From Chiloscyllium plagiosum (taxonomy: Eukaryota), in contig NC_057749.1 of NCBI RefSeq assembly GCF_004010195.1, forward strand, positions 12,850,254 to 12,880,617: a stretch of 30,364 nt of DNA, written 5' to 3'. How positions within the stretch are numbered: the first letter of the stretch is position 1; every line of letters begins with the position of its first letter. The position numbers and the translations under genes are program-made. The notes under the pieces were generated by a model that saw nothing but the letters and a program-made list of their open reading frames with translations, searched no databases and had not been told where the DNA came from. Below, one piece after another: positions 10,975 through 21,483 of this stretch.

Positions 10975-11440
10975 CATCAAATCCTCTCTAAATGTTCTGC
11001 TTTTCATGTTAAAATTATGCCCCTTGTTCTTGGGGAACAACTGCTTTCTATTCTACTCTATCTCCCATGCCCCTTATAATATTCCACACCTTTATCAAGT
11101 CCCTTCTCTGCCCCAAAGAAAACAACCCGAGCTCATCCAGCCTCTGATCGTAGTGAAATTGCTACATCCCAGGCAACATCCTGGTGAATCGCCTTTACAA
11201 CCCCTCCAATGCAATCCCCACCTTCTATGGTGTGGTGACCAGAACCACACACAGCACTCCAGCTGTGGCCACACCACAGTTTTGTACAGCTCCAACATAA
11301 CCTCCCTGTTCTTATAATCTATGCCACAACTGATAAAGGCAAGCTTCCCAAATGCAACCTTAACTACTTTATTAACTTGTCCTGCACCTTCAAAGATGTA
11401 TGGACAAACACCCCGAGATCCCTCTGTTCCTCTGAGCCTC
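10975..11440 (-). mobile_element. CR1 LINE ORF2 fragment
   Basis: Minus ORF reads VNKVVKVAFGKLAFISCGIDYKNREVMLELYKTVVWPQLECCVWFWSPHHRR. Confidence 0.88.
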
Positions 11441-11454
11441 CAATGAAATATAGA

Positions 11455-11712
11455 AATATAAAGTGCACAGCAAGATTCTCCAATCAGCAATGTGAACAGC
11501 TTATCAATTTTTGTGATGTTGATTTAGGAATAAATATTAACCAGGACATGCGGAGTACTGTCCTTGCTCTTCTCAAAATTCTGCTGTAGGACCATTTTCA
11601 TTCACCAACGAGGACAAATAGAGCCTCAAATTAACATCTCATTTGAAAGGTATGAAGTCTCTGTCGTGGGTCTTTCCCAACTCAGGGGTAAGAGTGCTAT
11701 CCATTGAGTGAT
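11455..11712 (-). mobile_element. DeuSINE (SacSINE1/AmnSINE1-type) remnant
   Basis: The reverse complement contains aatgagatgttaatttgaggctc, gagaagagcaagg, gtcctggttaatatttattcctaaatcaacatcac and cacattgctgattggagaatcttgctgtgcac. These parallel 26334-26530. Confidence 0.7.
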
Positions 11713-11860
11713 TGGGGCCAGACTTCAAAGACAGGTTCAAAATTTCACAGCACACTAGCCATCTTTGAAACTGACACCATGCTGCTTTTATAACTTGAGA
11801 TTACGCCAAATCCACACTGAATTGAAACAAGTTTAAAGCAGTCAAACCAGATATGATGAT

Positions 11861-11967
11861 GTGGAGGTGCCGGTGTTGGACTTGGGTGGAGTGACACAAC
11901 ACAAGGTTATAGTTCAACAGGTTTATTTGGAACCACCAGCTTTCAGAGCGCTGCTCCTTCATCAGGT
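11861..11967 (-). mobile_element. Short Penelope-terminal-like element (family D) with a hammerhead motif
   Basis: The reverse complement reads acCTGATGAag-gagc-agc-gctc-tGAAAgctggtgg-ttccaaataaacctgttgaac. A related fragment (aacaggtttatttggaagcattagctttcc) lies at about 10947-10976. Confidence 0.6.
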
Positions 11968-12102
11968 CATTTCAAGAAAGTATTTTCACCCAGAGGATTA
12001 TAGGGGTCTGAAATGCATTGCCTGGGAAGATAGCAGAAGGGGGAAACCTCTCAGCTATATGGATGAGCACTGAAACATCATAAAATGAGACAAATACATG
12101 AG

Positions 12103-12273
12103 GTCAGTTAGCTCAGTTGGCTAAATGGCTGATTTGCAAATCAGAGTTATGCCAAGAACATGGTTCTTTCCTTACCTTAGATGTGGTGACCCTCAGGCAA
12201 AACTACCACCACACATGTCTCTCGAATGAGGGAGCAGCCCTTTGATCTGGTAGGACAAAGCTGACATTACTTT
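12103..12273 (+). mobile_element. Short tRNA-derived SINE (third family)
   Basis: A-box ttagctcagttggct followed by gtggtgaccctcagg...ctaccaccac...aatgag. Homologous to the split copy at 12281-12366 and 15153-15270. Confidence 0.6.
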
Positions 12274-12280
12274 AAGGGTT

Positions 12281-12366
12281 TGTTTAGCTGAGTTGGCTGG
12301 AGCAGCTGTTTGCAATCTAGCGTGATGCCAACAGCATGGGTCAAATTCCTGCACTGTCTGAGGTTA
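12281..12366 (+). mobile_element. 5' half of a tRNA-derived SINE split by the CR1 insertion
   Basis: tttagctgagttggctgg...gatgccaacagcatgggtcaaattcct. The 3' half resumes at about 15153. Confidence 0.6.
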
Positions 12367-12377
12367 TAAGATGGGAA

Positions 12378-15120
12378 AACCATAAGACATAGGAGCAGAA
12401 GTTAGGTCATTCAGCCCATCAAGTGGGCGGCACGGTGGCACAGTGGTTAGCACTGCTGCCTCACAGCGCCAGAGACCCGGGTTCAATTCCTGCCTCAGGC
12501 GACTGACTGTGTGGAATTTGCAAGTTCTCCCCGTGTCTGCGTGGGTTTCCTCCGGGTGCTCCGGTTTCCTCCCACAATCCAAAAGATGTGCAGGTCAGGT
12601 GAATTGGCCATGCTAAATTGCCCGTAGTGTTAGGTACGGGGTAAATGTAGGGGTATGGGTGGGTTTTGCTTCGGCGGGGCGGTGTGGACTTGTTGGGCCG
12701 AAGGGCATGTTTCCACACTGTAAGTAATCTAATCTAATCTAATCTAATCTAATCTAATCTAATCTAAGAAAAAAAGTCTGCTCCGCCATTCAATCATGGC
12801 AGATACGTTTCTCATCCCCATTCTCCCACTTTCTCCCTGTAACCCTCGATCCCCTTGACAATCAAGAACCTATCTATCTCTTAAATATATTCAATGACCC
12901 ACAGCTTTCTGTGGCAATGAATTCTATAGATTTAGCACTGTCTGGCTGAAGAAGTTTCTCCTGATCTCCATTCTAAAAGGTCTTCCCTTTACACTAAGGC
13001 TGTGCCCTCAGGTCCAAGTCTCTCCTACCAAAGGAGACATCTTCCCAACATCCACTCTGTCCAGGCTGTTTAGTATTCTGTATGTTTCCATTAGATTTCC
13101 CCCCTCATCCTTCTAAACTCCATCAAGTATAAACCCACAGTCCTCAAACGTTCCTCATATGTTAAGCTTTTCATTCCTGGGACCATTCTCGTGAACCCCC
13201 TCTGAACATGCTCCAGGGCCAGTACCTCCTTCCTGAGATATGGGGTCCAAATCTGCACACCTTACTCCAAGGCTAGAGCCTTATAGACCCTCAGAAATAC
13301 ATCCCTGCTTTTATATTCAAGTCCTTTCAAAATAAATGCCATCATTGCATTTACCTTCCTAACTACTGACTCAACCTGTAAGTTTACCTTGAGAGAATCC
13401 TGGACTAGAACTCTCAACACTCTTTGCGCTTTGGACTTCTGAATTTTCTCCCCATTTAGAAAATAGTCCAAGCCTCTATCCTTCCTACAAAAGTGCATGA
13501 CTTTAGACTTTCCCACATTGTACTCCATCTACCAGTTCTTTGCCCACTCTCCTAACCTGCCCAAATCCTTCTGCAGCCTCCCCTCCTCCTCAATGCTACC
13601 TGTCCCTCTACCTATATTTGTATCATCTGCAAACTTAGCCAGAATGCACCCAGTTCCTCCATCTCAATTGTTAATGTATAAAGTGAAACGTTGTGATCCC
13701 AACAGTGAGCCTTGCGGAACACCACGTGTCACCGGCTGCCATCCTGAGAAGGACACTTTTAACTGCACTTTCTGCTTCCTGCCAGACAGCCAAGCTTCTA
13801 TCCACACTAGCACCTTGTCTCTAACACCATGGGTTCTTTATCTTACTCGGTAGCCTCCTCTGTGGCACCTTGTTAAAAGTCTTCTTGAAATCCAGGTAAA
13901 TAACATACATTGGCTGTTCCAAGTCTAACCTACTCGTTACTTCCTCAAAGAATTCTAGCAGATTTGTCAGTCATGATTTCCCCTTGATGAAACCATGCTG
14001 ACTTTGCCCTATTTTACCAAATGCTTCCAAGTATTCAGAAACCTCATCCTTCACAATGGATTCCAGGATTTTACCCATGACTAAGGTTAGACTAATTGGT
14101 CTGTAATTTTCTGACTCTTGCCTTACTCCCTTTTCAAACAAGGGTGTCATGTTAACAGCCTTTCAGTCCTCTGGGACCATTCCTGATTCTCGTGATTCCT
14201 GAACGATCACCACTAACACCTTCACAACCTCTTCAGCTATCTTTCTTAGAACTCTGGGGTGTAGTTCACCTGGTCCAGGTGATTTATCCACTTTCAGGCC
14301 TTTCAGTTTTTCTAGCATCTTCTCCTTGGTGATGGCCACCACACTCAGCTGTGCCCCCCTCACACTCTTGAAGTTTTGGGAAATTACTCATGTCCTCCAC
14401 TGTGAAGACTGACACAAAGTAATTATTCAGTTCCTCCACCATTTCCTTGCCGCGCCCCCACTACAATCTCTCCAATGTCATTTTCCAGCAGCCCAATGTC
14501 CACTTTTGCCTTTCTTTTGCCCTTTACATATCTAAAGAAACTCTTACAGTCTTCTTTTATATTACTGGCTAGTTTACTCTCTTATTTAATCTTCTCCCTC
14601 CTCATTTCTTTTTTTGTTCCCCTCTGTTGGTCTTTGTAAGCTTCCCAATCCTCTGGTTTCCCACTGCCCTTCGCCACATTATATGCTTTCTCTTTTGCTT
14701 TTATGCTATCCCTGACTTCCCTAGTCAGCCATCCTCCCTGTACCATGCTTCTTTTTCTGTGGGATGAATCTCTGCTGTGTCTCCTGAATTACTTCCAGAA
14801 ACTCCTGCCATTGCTGTTCCACTGTCTTTCCTACTAGGATCCTCTTCCAGACAATTCTATCCAGCCCCTCCCTCATGACTCTGTAGTTGCCTTTATTCAG
14901 GTCTAATACCGTCACCTCTGATTCTATCTTCTACCTCTCAAATTGGAGAATAAATTCAATCATGTTACGATCACTGCCTCCTAAGGGTTCCTCCACCTTA
15001 AGCTGTCTTATCAAGTCTGCCTCATTGCCCAGCAGTAATGCCTGTTCTCTAGTGCACCCCACCACAAGCTGCTCCAAAAAGCCATCTTGTAGACTTTCCA
15101 CAAATCCTTTTTCTTGCAAT
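12378..15120 (-). mobile_element. CR1 LINE, about 2.4 kb of ORF2 (RT) and 3'UTR, pseudogenised
   Basis: Broken ORFs: GFVESLQDGFLEQLVVGCTREQA, LEKLKGLKVDKSPGPGELHPRVLR, and YNVGKSKVMHF...GLEYKSRDVFLRVYKAL. The 3' end cataagacataggagc matches the copy at 29231. Confidence 0.95.
12425..12773 (+). mobile_element. HE1-type V-SINE, full length, nested in the CR1 3'UTR
   Basis: Complete head, V-domain and tail with (taatc)n. aagt is duplicated at 12421-12424 and 12774-12777. Confidence 0.96.
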
Positions 15121-15152
15121 CGTTTCCTTATTTTACATGGTTAAAACCCCAA

Positions 15153-15270
15153 GGCTGAAGTTACCATGAAGGAACCTGCTTTTCAGTCTCTCTCTTTACC
15201 TGATGTGTGGTAACCCTCAGGTTAAATCACCACCAGTTGACTCTCTCTCTCTCTTCTCTAATGAGAGACT
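15153..15270 (+). mobile_element. 3' half of the split tRNA-derived SINE
   Basis: gatgtgtggtaaccctcaggttaaatcaccaccag...ctaatgagag is homologous to 12180-12232. Confidence 0.6.
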
Positions 15271-15639
15271 TTATGGACCAAGGGTTGAAACGTGTGAGTG
15301 GTGATTTAGATAGTTTTATTGATACAGACTCAATGGACCAAATGGCCTCTTCAGTATTAAATGATTTTATGCAGTTAATGCACAAACCTATTCTTGGATT
15401 ATTTCATATTAACATCATTCCCAGTGTCCTTTCTGAAAATGTCCTTGAATTCACTTCCTCTCCAACCCTGTGATGAGTTGGATGAGCTCAGCTGTTTGTT
15501 GGGAGTGTGGATTTAACTTCAATGCCTCCCTTCACTTACTTGTAAGCCAGTGAGACTCTTTTTGGAAGTGTCTATTCAGGGAACAAGAAAAAGATGCAAT
15601 TTCCACTCCACCCTCATTTTTACCTGGTCTTTATCTAAC

Positions 15640-16045
15640 TCTTCCTTTCCCTTCTTCAACATGTTTCCATTCTTTGGGGAATGACTGGCCACTAATATCC
15701 ACTATAAACCCACTGATTCCCACAGCTGTCTGGACTATACATCCTCGCACCCTGCTTCCTGTGAAAGACTTCATTCCACTTCCTCCGTCTCCATCACATA
15801 TATTCCAATGAGGCCAACTTCTTCCCCAGCTGCATATTCCCCAGCACTGTTGTCAACAGGGGCTCTCAGTCGGGTCCAACCCATCTCCCACATTTCTGAC
15901 CACACCCCATCTCTTCCCTCCCACACAGCAATAGGGTTCCCCTTATCCTTACCTACTATCCCACCAGCATCCACACCCAGATCATCAGCCACCATTTCTA
16001 CCACTTCCAACGAGATGCCACCAGACACATTCTCCCCTGTCCACC

Positions 16046-16109
<64 letters not shown>

Positions 16110-16627
16110 ACACCCCCCACCCCCCCACCACCGACCCCCCCACAGCACCCGCTCCCTCAGCACTGACCCTCCCACAGCACCCACACGGACCCTGCAGCCC
16201 TCCTGACTCAATATTGAGTTCAATAATTTTAGGGCTTGAACTCTTCCATATCCTAGTTCCCCAGCCCACACACAAGGCTTTGTTATGCCATAATACACAC
16301 TACCTATTATTAGCCACTAACAGTCTCCAATAACAGCTATTCACCCTCCTGGACAAATCGTTATCCCCTCCTTTGTCTGTCCAACTGTTCTTCTCTCTCT
16401 TTGGGCTCTACCCCCACCTATCATTTACTCCTGACCCACCCCTCCCACCCTATCTTCTGCATATAAACCAACATTTTCCTAGCTACCGTCAGTTCTGTGG
16501 ACGGGTCAGCAGACCTGAAACATTAACTCTTATTCGTCTTCACAGATACTGCCAGATCTGCTGAACTTTTCCAGCAGCTTCTGCTTTTGTTTCTGACCTA
16601 CAACATCCACAGTTCTTCCGATTTTTA
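15640..16627 (+). mobile_element. Penelope-like retroelement fragment (RT thumb region plus terminal repeat, family B), internally deleted
   Basis: TNIHYKPTDSHSCLDYTSSHPASC is the PLE RT C-terminal YKPT...Y.S.HP motif. The terminus reads agttctgtggacgggtcagcagacctgaaacattaact...gccagatctgctgaacttttccagc. Confidence 0.85.
16047..16109. repeat. Poly-C homopolymer (63 nt)
   Basis: Uninterrupted C run followed by a C-rich decayed satellite unit. Confidence 0.9.
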
Positions 16628-17394
16628 AGAAAAAGATCAAATTTCACTGTGACACCCTTTGATCTCCCCAAGTGAGGTATTTCAGACTGTAGAAATTGTA
16701 TTGCTGTCATTCATTTCCTACGTGAGATAATGTGTCAAAGCAGGAAAAGAACATTGAAACAAGCAGGAAAGGCAGAGGGATATTGAAGGGGGGTGAAAAC
16801 AAAAGGTTATATTTATCTTGGTATCATTGAAGCTCTATATTTATGAGCACCTTGCAAGAACATTTCACTTTTTCGAGGACAAGATTATTTCCAGTGAGTC
16901 CCTTTTCTGACCATGAAAAATCACTGTCAACTTTAACTCAGAATTTCCACATGAGATCCACAAGGAGAATGAAGTGAACTTCACAAGTTAGACATTTTGG
17001 GCATCGAAAGATTTCAACTAAAGAAAAATCAACTGTCCGATCAAGAACTAATCTGATGTCTGCCTCAGGGAAACTAAACAAAGTAAGGGGAATGAAAGGA
17101 GTTGATTGAGTGTCTGGAATGAGGTGAAACTTGTCTTCTGATGGGGAGGAATCAGCTCCATGGTAACTGTTGAATAAGCCTCAGGTTACATTCCAGGTTT
17201 GACCTCAGTAACATGATCATAGCAAGCACCATCCTGTCACCCAGCTACGGTCATACCTGCCTGACGACAGCTTAGGAATTGTTTATATGATCGCTATACA
17301 GAACAAACACTGCTCTCCACGTCAGAATTGTGTTTGTTCATTACTCATGTCCTTGTTTAAATGGAAGAGTGCTGGTGTTTATTTTTTGCCTGGG

Positions 17395-18175
17395 TTTGGT
17401 CTAGTCATTTAGAAACTAGACTAAAGATCCAGAGGTATGAGCTCAAATTCCACCACGGTATCTAGAAAATATAAATACAAATAATTTCATGGTGGCTCAG
17501 TGGTTAGCACTGCTGCCTCACAGTTCCAGGGACCCAGGTTCAATTCCATCCTCGGGTGACTGTCTGTGTGGAGTTTGCACATTCTCCCTGTCCCTGCGTA
17601 GTTTTCTCCAGGTGCTTCGGTTTCCTCCCACAATCGAATCCAAAGATGTGCAGGTTAGGTGAATTGGCCATGATAATTGCCCATAGTGTTCATGGATGTG
17701 TAGGTTAGCTATATTAATTAAGGGTAAATATAGAGTAATAGGGTAGGGAAATGGGTCGGTGTGGACTTGTTGGGCCAAGGGGCTTGTTTCCATACTGTAG
17801 GGATTCTATGAAATACAGTAAATACATCTGGAATAAAAGACTAGTGGTAGTATGGTGATTATAAAACTACAGGATTGGTCCAAAAATCCACCTGATTTAT
17901 TCATGTCCTTTAGGGAAGGAAATCAGCCACCCTTATCTGGTCTGGCCTACACATGGCTCCAAATCCACAGCAATGTGATTGACAGCTGTCTTTTGAAATG
18001 ATCCAGCAAGCCACTCAGCTGTATATAAAACACGCTGGAACTAGTGGGTGTCGGTTCACAACAAAGACTGTAGCAGTTCTCGAGGATGGATCACATCCCA
18101 CTTTCTCAAGGGCAATTAGACAGAAATAAATACCAGTCTAGCCAGTGACATCCAAACACCATAAACAATTAAAGA
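17395..18175 (+). mobile_element. tRNA-derived shark SINE with LINE-derived tail, interrupted by an HE1
   Basis: Head gagctcaaattccaccac. Body gtcctttagggaaggaaatcagccacccttatctggtctggcctacac...cagcaagccactcag. Tail ttctcaagggcaattag...aataaataccagtctagccagtgacatcc. Confidence 0.7.
17489..17811 (+). mobile_element. HE1-type V-SINE, older subfamily
   Basis: Head atggtggctcagtggttagcactgctgcctcacag, V-domain, two gatgtg(c/t)aggttag units, tail ctgtagggattctatga. Confidence 0.9.
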
Positions 18176-18624
18176 ATTGAGCTGAGAGAGGTCAGCATTG
18201 AAATAGAAGTATGAATGCTGTTACAGAAACACACATCAGCTGCAAATTTCAACTGGTCTTTGCAACAAATCACAAATCAAGATTATGTGCTCACACAGAG
18301 TCAAAATTACCTTTAATCTCTCTGTATTTGGTATAATTTTCTTTGAATGTATGCACCTAATGTTAACCTTCATAGTCCCAGGAGAAGGAAACTGAGAGAG
18401 TATTGAGACAAATTAATATCACAGAACTTCTAAAATCCCAGACATTGATGTTATTATTTTTTTAAAATGTTAATTCTAAAATTTTCCTATGTGCTATTCC
18501 CTTCACTGTTTCTAGCTGAACCAGACTGATCACAACCTTTATGTCCTATTTATCAACTGTGGAACCCCACACCAGTGTCTTTGTCACCTTTATATTCTAT
18601 TACCACAAAGGACCCTTACCAACA

Positions 18625-18769
18625 GTCTCCTGTCTTACACTCTGTATATAAATTTCAACTCAACCAAAACTCTCTTGTCCAAATCCTATTGTGCACCAAG
18701 TCCTGCTCACAAATCTCTCCTGAATGCCTTCTCCCCAACAGCTCAAACCTCAAATCCTAAGTTCCTCTG
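18625..18769 (+). mobile_element. Very old L2-like LINE fragment
   Basis: HSVYKFQLNQNSLVQILLCTKSCSQISP resembles the L2 motif L.KLQL.QNSAARILT..K..S.ITP. Confidence 0.5.
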
Positions 18770-18785
18770 GCTCAACTGTGTATTT

Positions 18786-19010
18786 GAGGAGAAAGTGAGG
18801 TCTGCAGATGCTGGAGATCAGAGCTGGAAATGTGTTGCTGGAAAGGCGCAGCAGGTCAGGCAGCATCCAGGGAACAAGAGAATCGACGTTTCGGGCATAA
18901 GCCCTTCTTCAGGAATGTTTGAAGAAGGGCTTATGCCCGAAACGTCGATTCTCCTGTTCCCTGGATGCTGCCTGACCTGCTGCGCCTTTCCAGCAACACA
19001 TTTCCAGCTC
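18786..19010. mobile_element. Fold-back Penelope-terminal element (family A), young
   Basis: 91-bp inverted arms (18821-18911 and 18920-19010, one mismatch) with an 8-nt spacer. The 16-bp direct repeat gctcaactgtgtattt occurs at 18770-18785 and 19007-19022. Confidence 0.92.
18881..18916 (-). ncRNA. Minimal type I hammerhead ribozyme motif (PLE-type, probably dimer-dependent)
   Basis: The minus strand reads auuc-CUGAAGA-a-gggc-uuau-gccc-GAAA-c-GUC-gauu. This gives an intact core, a 4-bp stem II, a palindromic ACGU stem III and a short stem I. Activity is not demonstrated. Confidence 0.7.
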
Positions 19011-19392
19011 AACTGTGTATTTCCCACCTTTTCCCTCATTTTTGGCAGCTATCCCATGATCTCTTGAAAATGTACCAGATTAATCCAGCTTTCAGTTACA
19101 GACCCAGTTTAATATTTCATACTTTTACCAACCAACAGTTTTTTTCTGATTACAACAGTAACATCTTGGAAACATTTTTCTACATTTTTTACATTGACAT
19201 TGTTGTTTACTTTCTATTAATCCTCCCCTACTAAATCTTTCTCATAAGCAGGAAAAGAAGAGAGGAAGTCCAGCTAATGATCGGTTTCATGCTGGTCATT
19301 ATGTGTCTGGAATATTTCTAACACTTCCACAGGATCATGGATTCATTGCAACAAGATGGTGGGACCAAACTCGATGGAGACCATTCTATTGT

Positions 19393-19706
19393 GGACGGCA
19401 CGGTGGCACAATGGTTAGCACTGTTGCCTCACAGTGCCAGAGACCCAGGTTCAATTCCTGCCTCGGGCAACTGTGTGGAGTTTGCACATTCTCCCCGTGT
19501 CTGCGTGGGTTTCCTCCGGGTGCTCTGGTTTCCTCCCACAGTCCAAAAATGTGCAGGTCAGGTGAATTGGCCATGCTAAATTGCCCATAGTGTTAGGTGA
19601 AGAGGTAAATGCAGGGGTATGGGCGGGTTGCGCTTCAGCGGGTCGGTGTGGACTTGTTGGGCCGAAGGGCCTGTTTCCACACTGTAAGTAGTCTAATCAG
19701 TCTAAT
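19393..19706 (+). mobile_element. HE1-type V-SINE, full length
   Basis: A and B boxes, V-domain, and the tail gggccgaagggcctgtttccacactgtaag. Confidence 0.95.
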
Positions 19707-20044
19707 TATAACCAGATGCATTGACTCATTTACAATCACTACAGAGACAGAAAAAGAGAAAGCAAAACAACATACTTACACCAATGACCATGTTTTCAGG
19801 ACATTATCCAGAAGTCCAATGTCCTACAATACTTAGCTGTTCAGAGAATAGACAATCAAGATCATCTCAAGAATTACAAAACTATTTTCTATTTTGTCAT
19901 TTTATTTTCTATTTTCAATGTCAAGATGATGTTTAAGGGCTTCAATATTGAGCTAGCTGCTCCAGAGGGTTGTGTAACATCATCACTCTAATAGCAAATA
20001 AATGTTGTTCAAATGTGCTGCGTTCATTGGCGAACATAGGCTAA

Positions 20045-20350
20045 AATCTGGGTTGATGCCCTTCATTATCCATTGTAAACGCAATAATGTGGTTTGTGCC
20101 TGTAATTACCCATTGTAGTAAGTAATATGGTCTCTGTCATTGCCTGCAGTAAAAACACATCATACAGTCTGTGCCTGTTGTTCTTCACTTTTGGCACAGT
20201 AATAGGGTTTGTGCTTATTGATACAAATTGTAGACACTGTATTGAGGTTTTGCCTGTTGTTACTAATTGTAGACAGTGTAATGGGGTTTGTGCCTGCTGT
20301 TAATTGTAGACACTGTGTGGGGGTTTTGCCTGTTGGAACTGGTTGTAATC
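20045..20350. repeat. Degenerate 36-40-bp minisatellite (left part)
   Basis: ttgtagaca(c/g)tgt...tgcctg(t/c)tg recurs at about 20228, 20267 and 20303, with older units to the left. Confidence 0.7.
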
Positions 20351-21241
20351 ATCCTTATATTCCGGTAAAGTCCCAGAGGCTGAGTGAACTGCCAATGTAA
20401 CACCACTATTCAAAAATGGAGAGAGACAAAAAAAAAGTAGGTAATTATAGGCCAGTTAACTTAACATCTGTCATTAGGAAAGATTTTGAGTCTATTATAA
20501 ATGATGTAATAGCACAGCATTTAGAAACCCAAAATATAATCAAGCAGAGACAGCATGGCTTCATGGTCTCATAATGGGGAAATCCTACCTGACGGATTTA
20601 TTACAGCTTTTTGTGGAGGCAACAAGCAGGAAAGTTAAAGGTGAACCAGTTGATGTAATATATTTGGAGTTGCAAACAATATTTGATAAGATACCACATA
20701 AAAAGCTACTAAATACGTTAAGAGTCCATGGTGTTGTAAGTAGTATGTTAGAGGACAGGTTAACTAATAGCAAACAGAAAGTTGGGATAAGGGGGCATTT
20801 TCAGGATGACAACCTGTAATTAGTGGAATGTCACAAAGATCACTGCTGGGGCCAGAATTATTTACATTATAATGACTTGGATGAAGGATGTACTAGAACC
20901 AAGTTTGCACATCACCTAAACAAAGATGGGAAATGGGTAAGGATGACACCAGAAGTCTGCAGCAGGATATAGAAAAGCAAGTGGGTGATCAAAAACTTGG
21001 CAGGTGGAACACAACTTGGTGAAAATATCAGGTAAAAAATTTTATCAGGAGGAACAGAAGAGCTGAATATTATTTAAATGTAGAAAGACTGCAGAAAGCT
21101 GCAGCACAGAGGAATTTGGGAATCCTACTGAATTAGCATCTAAGTTCTGCAGATAATAGGGAAGACAAATGGAATGTTGGCTTTTATTTCAAAGGGAACG
21201 CAGTATAAAAAGAAAGTTTTCTTGCTAAGCTATACAATGCA

Positions 21242-21415
21242 TAGGCATAAGTAAGGACTGCAGATACTGGAGATCAGAGTCTAGATTAGAGTGGTGCTGG
21301 AAAAGCACAGCAGGTCAGGCAGCATTCCTGATGAAGAGCTTTTGCCTGAAACATCAATTTTCCTGCTCTTTGCATTCTGCCTGACCTGCTGTGCTTTTCC
21401 AGCACCACTCTAATT
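21242..21415. mobile_element. Fold-back Penelope-terminal element (family A variant)
   Basis: 38-bp perfect inverted arms (21285-21322 and 21377-21414) enclose attc-CTGATGA-agagcttttgcct-GAAA-catc. The 11-bp direct repeat tatacaatgca occurs at 21231-21241 and 21416-21426. Confidence 0.85.
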
Positions 21416-21483
21416 TATACAATGCAGATTCAGACCTCAACTGGAATACGGTGAATACTGTGGAAAGATACGGTGAATACTGT

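Noticed and set aside
15771..16298. Poly-Pro and poly-Gly ORFs
   Set aside because: They are generated by the poly-C run inside a decayed Penelope element.
18821..19010. Pre-miRNA or DNA-transposon MITE
   Set aside because: The arms match a Penelope 3' terminus, one arm is asymmetrically extended, and TSD length varies between copies (10-16 bp), unlike a cut-and-paste MITE. Multi-copy repeat origin argues against a canonical miRNA.
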